From the NCBI RefSeq assembly GCF_009914755.1, contig NC_060941.1: a DNA stretch of 64,000 nucleotides; one strand, written 5' to 3'. Every line of letters starts with the position of its first letter. Position 1 is the stretch's first letter. The DNA is from the human T2T-CHM13v2.0 reference genome, Homo sapiens. Shown here piece by piece: positions 53,028 through 64,000 of the stretch. The position numbers and the translations under genes were made by a program. Below the pieces are notes generated by a model. That model worked only from the letters and a program-made list of their open reading frames with translations. It did not search any database and had not been told where the DNA came from.

Positions 53028-54407
53028 CATACTGCATAGAGTAAGAACTTCTTGAAAGCAGGTTCTGAATCTAACTGACTTTTGTATCCCCATTGTATGG
53101 TGTGTAGTAGACACTAAGGAAATTGTATGGACTGAATAATGAGCCTAAAGAGGAGCACTGAGAGAATGTAGAATTAGGAGAACCCCTTTTAAGTAGTGTA
53201 TTCAAGTCAAGGCAGGACTGTTTTCAAAAGGAGGGGAACATTCTAGGCATTTATCCTGTAAGAATAATTGCACACATATGCAGATGCATGTTTAGGGATG
53301 TTTGTCGTATAGAATGATGAAAAACAACCTGCCTGTTCATCTCTATGGGATTGGTTTTATGGTATATCCATTAAGTGGAATATGCTGCAGTCGATAAAAA
53401 CTGCAACTGCCACAGTTGCTTCCAACAGAAACCAATTCAAAAAAGCCACCTGTAGAGTGAGCACTGCCATTTCCTAATCTGGGGTCTTCTCATGCAGCCA
53501 TGGCCTCAGGTAGAGCAGGTGAGGCAATACAGACTCCTGACATTTAGTTTCTTACTCTGACTACGGCCACACTCTTGGGCTGCAGCAGTGCCCAGGAAGC
53601 TCTGAAAACTCAGGCTTGGTAGACAGTTCCTTTTGCAATGCATGTAAAATGCTTAACATGTGTAGCCCATCCTTCATAAAGGTTAGCCATCAAGAGAAGA
53701 ATATCTTTTATTCTTATAATTACAGATGACAAATGCTCTCTTAATGCTGTGGGGATAGTGGTGGTTATCATTATTGGTATGTGGTTTTATTTTAAAGGTC
53801 TATGAATCACAGGTACCTGACCATTGGTTAAATGAGCTGTAACTGGATGGTCATTATGACCCAAGTGTGAGGGACTAGGGCTAGTAGATACTTACTATGA
53901 ATGACAGGGAATCCTCACTGTGGGTAACTACTCAGAGTTTGTGAGTGAAGTGACTATAGTAACCTGAAAAGAAGAAAGAAAAAAATAAATAATCGTATTG
54001 GAAAATGTCATTGTGTTTAGGAATACTAAGACATCGTAAAAAAAAAATTAAAAGTAGATAGTTTGTAGTATAGGATATGGGGAAAGGAAACATATGTCAA
54101 AGTTTTTTACAAAATTAAAGGGAACACAACTTACCAGATGTCCCAAACTTATGGGGAAAAATTCTACATTTCTCAAATAGTTCAGAATAAATTTTCTTTC
54201 ATTTTTAACATATACTTCTTAGTAAATCATACTAGATGACTTGTAAAAGTACAATAAAATAGAATGTCACTTATTTGTCTTTTTAGCACTAGTGTTTATT
54301 TTTTTCTAATATTTATAGAACACATATTGAGTACAACACACTCTACAAAGAGCTATGATTCATACAGACATAAGTAAGAAATGATCCCTGCCACTCAAAT
54401 CTAGTCA

Positions 54408-54625
54408 GACCAGGAATTTCTGAAATCTGTTACTTACGTTTCTCTTGAAAAAAGGTTTCATGGTGAAATAAATTTGGGAAACACTGCCTAAAGTAAGGTT
54501 AATTTGGTTTCTTCACTTTGGGATTTCTCAGAGATTTTATTGTGCTCATATGATTTGACCATAGAGTCGTTCTTCCTGGGAGCATCTCCGGGGATGGTAA
54601 GGGAACATAGCTGGGGAAGTACTGA
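54408..54625. mobile_element. Old hAT-Charlie MITE (MER112-like)
   Basis: aaataaatttgggaaacactg...gggatttctcagag...ggaacatagctggggaagtactg. Confidence 0.45.
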
Positions 54626-54882
54626 CTTCAGCCTTCCATTGAATTATTGTTTCATCTGTTGATTTGGTTCTAGCCCATTTAGTCAAAGATTTCTTAAATA
54701 ATAACCTAATCAGCACATTTTTTGAGTACTCTGTTTTACCAAAAAAGGAGACAAGTAAGAGACATTAATAACAAATTTAAGAACATACTTGTACAGTTTG
54801 TCAAGGCTTTGGAAAATTAGTTTTGATAATACCTTGGGCCTTGTCTTTTAATAGGTAAACAATTAAAACTGTACTTCATTGT

Positions 54883-55008
54883 TAGGATGACCATACCAAT
54901 CTATTGTCCAAGCTAGGATGCTTTCAGAGTGAGAGAGGTTGCTGTTAATGATGCTGGCACCAAGATGTAAATTAGAACTATCCTGGGCAGAATAGGATGA
55001 TTACCTTC
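54883..55008 (-). mobile_element. MER94-like MITE (copy 2, inverted relative to copies 1 and 3)
   Basis: taggatgaccata...attgtccaagctaggatgctttcagagtgagagagg...aactatcctgggcag. Confidence 0.6.
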
Positions 55009-55189
55009 ATTGCAGTATAACCTCAGTTTCATCTGAGATCTCTGAGATCTTAATTACGTCAGCCCTGGTTCTTTACATCAGTAGCCCATTCCCCAGGGTC
55101 AGTTGATTCTTGGTTGATTCTCAGGCTTTGGGTTGTGTGAAAGATTCTGAAATTATTTACAACGCTAATGCTTCAAACCTGAAACTATA

Positions 55190-55420
55190 CAGTTGAGCCT
55201 TGAATGACACGGGTTTGAACTGTGTGGGTCCACTTATACGTGGATTTATTTCAACCAAACACAGACTGCAGGATGTGAAACTTGAACTTAAAGAGGGACC
55301 ACATTTTCTCATAGGCAGGTTCTGGAGGGCCTACTGCGGGAGTTGAGTATGTGTGGATTTGGTTATCCACACATGGGGGGTCCTAGAGCCAATTGTCTGC
55401 ATATGCCAAGGGACTTGGCT
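55190..55420 (+). mobile_element. MER8 (Tigger-family MITE)
   Basis: TA|cagttgagccttgaatgacacgggtttgaactgtgtgggtccacttatacgtggattt...ggggtcctagagccaat. Confidence 0.82.
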
Positions 55421-55463
55421 ACTTGTATGTTTAACAGGTGATTTTCAAAGTGTATAAAAATAG

Positions 55464-55748
<285 letters not shown>

Positions 55749-57255
55749 TAAAATCACGAATACAAGTGTCTTCCACATTATAAAACATTCATTTGCTTGT
55801 TCATCTGAATCATTTCCCACTATTTTGCTTTGAGCTGCGAAGTGGAAATAAAATACCCACAAAGAAACAAATTGATATGGAAATGCAATACTTTCCACCT
55901 CTAACCAAAGTGTGTTACAAAGCACTTAAGATGGATGTAAGAGTGGCAGGGTTTTTTTTTATGGTAGTAACTTATGTGATATATATATATTTTTAATTCC
56001 ACTTTGAAGCATAGACTTTCTTTCATTTGTAGTGGCTGAAGATAAAAACATTGCATTAACGCAAATGATCTTCAGACAAATCCATCTAGGGTCTCAGAAG
56101 AAGGATATGTCTGAAATCTTACTTTTTCAGATAAACTGATAATGCTGTTGTATGCCAAGTAAAGTACTGCCTCCATCACTCTCCACCAGTTGCAATTAAG
56201 TAGAAATAAAAGGCATATAAATATTTTAACATCACTAATGGTTAATAATTAAACATTTTACTTCCTGGAGACCTCTAAACCGGCATTTAAAAAACTTTTT
56301 TTTTAACCTAATATATATTACAAGCCTAGAAGAATAAAAAGGGCCAAATGGTTTATACTGACTATGTAAATCACTGGATTCTTTCTTCACGTTTCCAGGC
56401 AATGCCCTCATGGAGCTTAAAATTTATTGTGATAACACTTGTGAATCAAATGATCACACATATTTAAGTAAAATAATAAAGGAAGCAAGTGTATATGCAG
56501 TCAGATTAATCTATGCAGAAATGATCTTTAATATTAGCTGGTTTTAGACATTTCTCAATGAATTTAAAATATCATTATAGTAAAAAGGGCAATAGAACCA
56601 GATGAAAAGATATAAGAACAAAAAGCTCACATCTACTGATATTTTATTTCCTTTTTCTGAAATATAAACAAAGGTATATGGTGTGTTTGAGGTTTAGAAA
56701 CTGTCAAAAGTACTTTTATTTGGGTAGATCTGTTTTAGAGGGGAAAATGCAAAGTCTGTAACCTATCTCAAGAGCTAAAAGCTGCTCTCGCCACTGGTAA
56801 TGCTTTGGAATTTCTGTTCAGTCATTTTTCCTCAGTGAAATTATACCCTCCTTTAGAACCAGGGAATTGTAGGAATAGGCCCAGCAAGTAGTCTTTAAGC
56901 ATAATCAGATAAAGGCTCATCATTTTAAACAGCCCATCTTACTTTGTCCAGTGTGGTGGAAGCACAACCTGTTAGTACTCAGGAGGGAGCATTGGGGCCT
57001 TAGCTGTTGTAATTGGCAACACTGTCCTTTTAAAGGGGGTTTGGATCATAATCCCAAAAGACACAGTCCCAAATATTGAAGTCTCAAAAGATCAAAATTC
57101 CTAAAGTCTAGAATCCCTAATGTCCAAAGGCCCGAAAATTCCAATCACAGGATAGTAAAATCATGTTAGGTGGAACTATCACTTTAATCTTTATTTAAAA
57201 ATTAAGTATGGTTTAAGGAGGTGCATATGGATGCCAGGTTAACAAGGGGTGAACT

Positions 57256-57770
57256 TGTGGACTTAATTATAGGTGTCAGCTTGACTAGATTGAAGAATAC
57301 CTAGAAACCAGGGAAAGCATTATTTTGGGTGTGTCTGTGAGGGTGTTTCCAGAGGAGGATAGTGTGTGAATCTGAGTGGAGTAGATAGGGAAGATTTGCC
57401 CTCAGTATTGGTGGGTAACATCCAGCTGGCTGGAGGCTGGAAGAGAACAGATAAAGAAAGTGAATTGGTATCTCTCTAAGAGCTGAGACAGACTTATCTT
57501 CTGCTGCCTTAGACATCAGAACGCCAGGCTTGCTGGCCTTTGGACTCCAGGACATACACCAGGAGCCCCCTGGGTCCTGAGGCTTTCAGCCTGAGCTGGA
57601 AAGCTCCTAGGGTCATTGACATCCTAGGGTCTCCAGCTTGCAGATGGCCTGTCGTGGGACTTCTCAGCCACCATAATTGCATGAGCCAATTCCCCTTAAC
57701 AAATCCCCTCTCATATATCTATATACACATCCTATTGGTTCTGTATCCCTGTAGAACTCTGACTAATACA
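57256..57770 (+). mobile_element. MLT2B-type ERVL LTR carried inside the Ricksha element, preceded by an ERVL 3' internal piece (~57150-57255)
   Basis: PPT aacaaggggtgaact then TGtggacttaattataggtgtcagcttgact...gggtgtgtctgtgagggtgtttccagaggag...ctccagcttgcagatggcct...gactaataCA. Confidence 0.9.
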
Positions 57771-57827
57771 GATTTGCCACTGGGGAAGCCAAATATTATT
57801 CCTTCTTACCGTATTTCTTACAGCACA

Positions 57828-59593
<1,766 letters not shown>

Positions 59594-60741
59594 TAATCTT
59601 TCATTTGTCTGATTTTCTTTTTTAGTTTTTTTCTTTCTCTCTTTTCAGTTTTTTTCACAATTTTAAATTGTCAGCTTTGTTTTTACAATTCACTCTATGC
59701 TATGTATTTCATCTGCACATCATTTCCAATTCTGGAGGTGTAGATGGTGTAAAGCCTTTTAGAGTTCTAATTCACTTTATGTGTTTTTTGCAAATCTGAC
59801 TCCACAAAGTGCATTATCACAAATTTGGCTTTGTGTATTAGCATTGTGCGTGTATGTAAAAACACCGACAGTTCCTCAACAAATGAAAAGATGTCCTTTT
59901 TATATATCTGTGTTTGTGAAAGATAAAAGTTCTCAAGATCTTGGCTCTAGGGACTGTGTATGTGGTGGTGGTGTCCCATCATGGTTTTTGAGCAATCTTG
60001 TGAAAAGGCTTAGGTTGTTTGCCATGGTATTTCAGAGGAACACAGTTATACCGCTGGCTGCACACCATTACCATCCTTAGTGATATGCATTTATACAGTT
60101 CCTTTGACCTCTTTATGAATAAGGTTTGTCTGCTTCTAACTGTTATGCCCATGTGACTGTCATTAGTATACCTGAGTGTTTGTGCTTGCACAAATGTATA
60201 TCTTATTATTGTCTATTTTATTGTGTAAAGTGGCTTATAAAGTGTTCTATCATGTTTTTGTATGTTTCTCAAATTCCCTTTTAAAAATGTACAGAAATAT
60301 CTTTTAAAGAATTTTTAAATTATTTTTTCCAGAATTATATTTTCAGGATTTTGATCTTTTGGGATTTTAGACTTTAAGGATTTTGATTTTTCCAGATTTC
60401 ATCATTTGGGATTATGGCGTTCTGTTGAGGAAAATAAACAACGGGTTTCTAAACATCCCTTTGTGCAAGCCATAGACAAAATGGCAAAGAATAGATCCCC
60501 GTGAGAACCGTTTAGAGTATGTGACCTTGGAGCAAGTGAGGAAGAAGAAGCCCTTCGCCAGACATTATAGCTCAAAGATGTATCTCTAGCTATTCAGCTA
60601 GATCCAGAGATTAAATTGAGTCAGTGAAAGAAAGGAGAGGTGTCATTGTTATGTGTATATCAGGTGATTAGGATGAAAGAGATCACGTAGGGAAAGTGTT
60701 TTCCCACGTAGCATGATTGTAAAATGGGCTGAAGGTCAAAT

Positions 60742-60845
60742 GGGTTTGCCTAGGTCAGTCCTGGTTTGCCCCAACAGAATTATTGATAACGTCCTCTTTC
60801 CCTTTCAACAATGCCCAGTTTGGATGTTAACTACATGTCACCCCG
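60742..60845 (+). mobile_element. MER94-like MITE (copy 3)
   Basis: ggtttgcctaggtcagtcctggttt...aattattgataacgtcctctttc...tgcccagtttggatg...atgtcacccc. Confidence 0.55.
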
Positions 60846-60994
60846 TACAGAGGGAAAGATGATTATGATGCTCACAGAATTTCCTTATTTCTAAAGCTTT
60901 TTCATGCAAATTGGCATTGCTTCTTTTGCTTAGAAGAGAAAAACATATAAATGTAAAGTGTAATGTATCTAAATTATTATAGTTTGCAGGTATG

Positions 60995-63321
<2,327 letters not shown>

Positions 63322-63684
63322 TGTATTAGTTCATTTTCGCACTGATATAAAGAACTACCTGAGACTGGGTCATTTATAAAGAAAAGAGGTTTAATTGACT
63401 CATAGTTCCACATGGCTGAGGAGGCCTCAGGAAACTTACAAGCATAGTAGAAGGTGAAGCAGAAGCAAGCACCTTCCTACATGGTAGCAGGAGAGAGAAA
63501 CAGCAAAGGGAGAACTGCCACAAACTTTTAAACCATCAGATCTTGTGAGAACTCCCTATCATGAGAACAGCATAGGGGAAACCACACCCGTGATCCAACC
63601 GCCTCCCAGCAGGTCCCTCCCTCGACATATGAGAATTACAATTTGAGATGGGATTTGGTGGGGACACAGAGCCAAACCATATCA
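63322..63684 (-). mobile_element. THE1D/MSTA-like MaLR LTR (3' LTR of a provirus)
   Basis: tgtattagttcattttcgcactgatataaagaactacctgagactggg...ggcctcaggaaacttac...gacacagagccaaaccatatca. Confidence 0.92.
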
Positions 63685-64000
63685 TTCCACCCCTGGCTCC
63701 TCCCAAATCTCATGTCCTTCTCACATTTCAAAACACAATCATGCCTTCCCAACAGTCCCTCAAAGTCTTAACTCATTCCAGCATTAACTCAAAAGTCCAA
63801 GTCCAAAGTCCCATCTGAGACAAGGGAAATAAATCCCTTTCACCTATGAGCCTATAAATTCAAAAGCAAGTTAGTTACCTACAAGATACAATGAGGGTAC
63901 AGGCATTGGCTAAATGCTCCCATTCCAAGTGGGAGAAATTGGCCAAAACAGAGGGGCTACAGGCCCCATGCATGTCCGAAACCCAAAAGGGCCATCATTA
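63685..64000 (-). mobile_element. THE1/MST internal sequence, continues past the window end
   Basis: ttccacccctggctcctcccaaatctcatgtcc...caaagtcttaactcattccagcattaactcaaaagtccaagtccaaagtc directly abuts the LTR. Confidence 0.9.

Overview
Primate (human-like) genomic DNA lying almost entirely inside two introns of COX10 (heme O synthase / protoheme IX farnesyltransferase, + strand). The only host coding sequence is one 71-nt exon at 55677-55747 ([24 protein letters not shown], canonical AG/GT; exon 5 by my recollection of the human gene). The rest is AT-rich intron with interspersed repeats: Alus, L1 3' fragments, L2/MIR, hAT and Tigger elements, ERV1/ERVL/MaLR LTRs and microsatellites. The most striking object is a ~3.4-kb Ricksha-type Mutator (MULE) DNA transposon at 57037-60422. 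Inside its TIRs it carries an ERVL 3' fragment and an MLT2B LTR, placed directly upstream of an apparently full-length fossil FLYWCH+DDE transposase. That transposase has its own splice acceptor, in frame with COX10 exon 5 about 2 kb upstream (an exon-trap geometry like CSB-PGBD3). Other notable items: a ~200-bp local direct duplication with hairpin potential (4113-4314 / 5788-5983), a closely spaced inverted AluY pair, nested element stacks, a strong G4 motif, and a long repeat-poor block that may hold enhancers. Repeat subfamily names come from recalled consensus sequences, not from a database run. Boundaries of old repeats are approximate.
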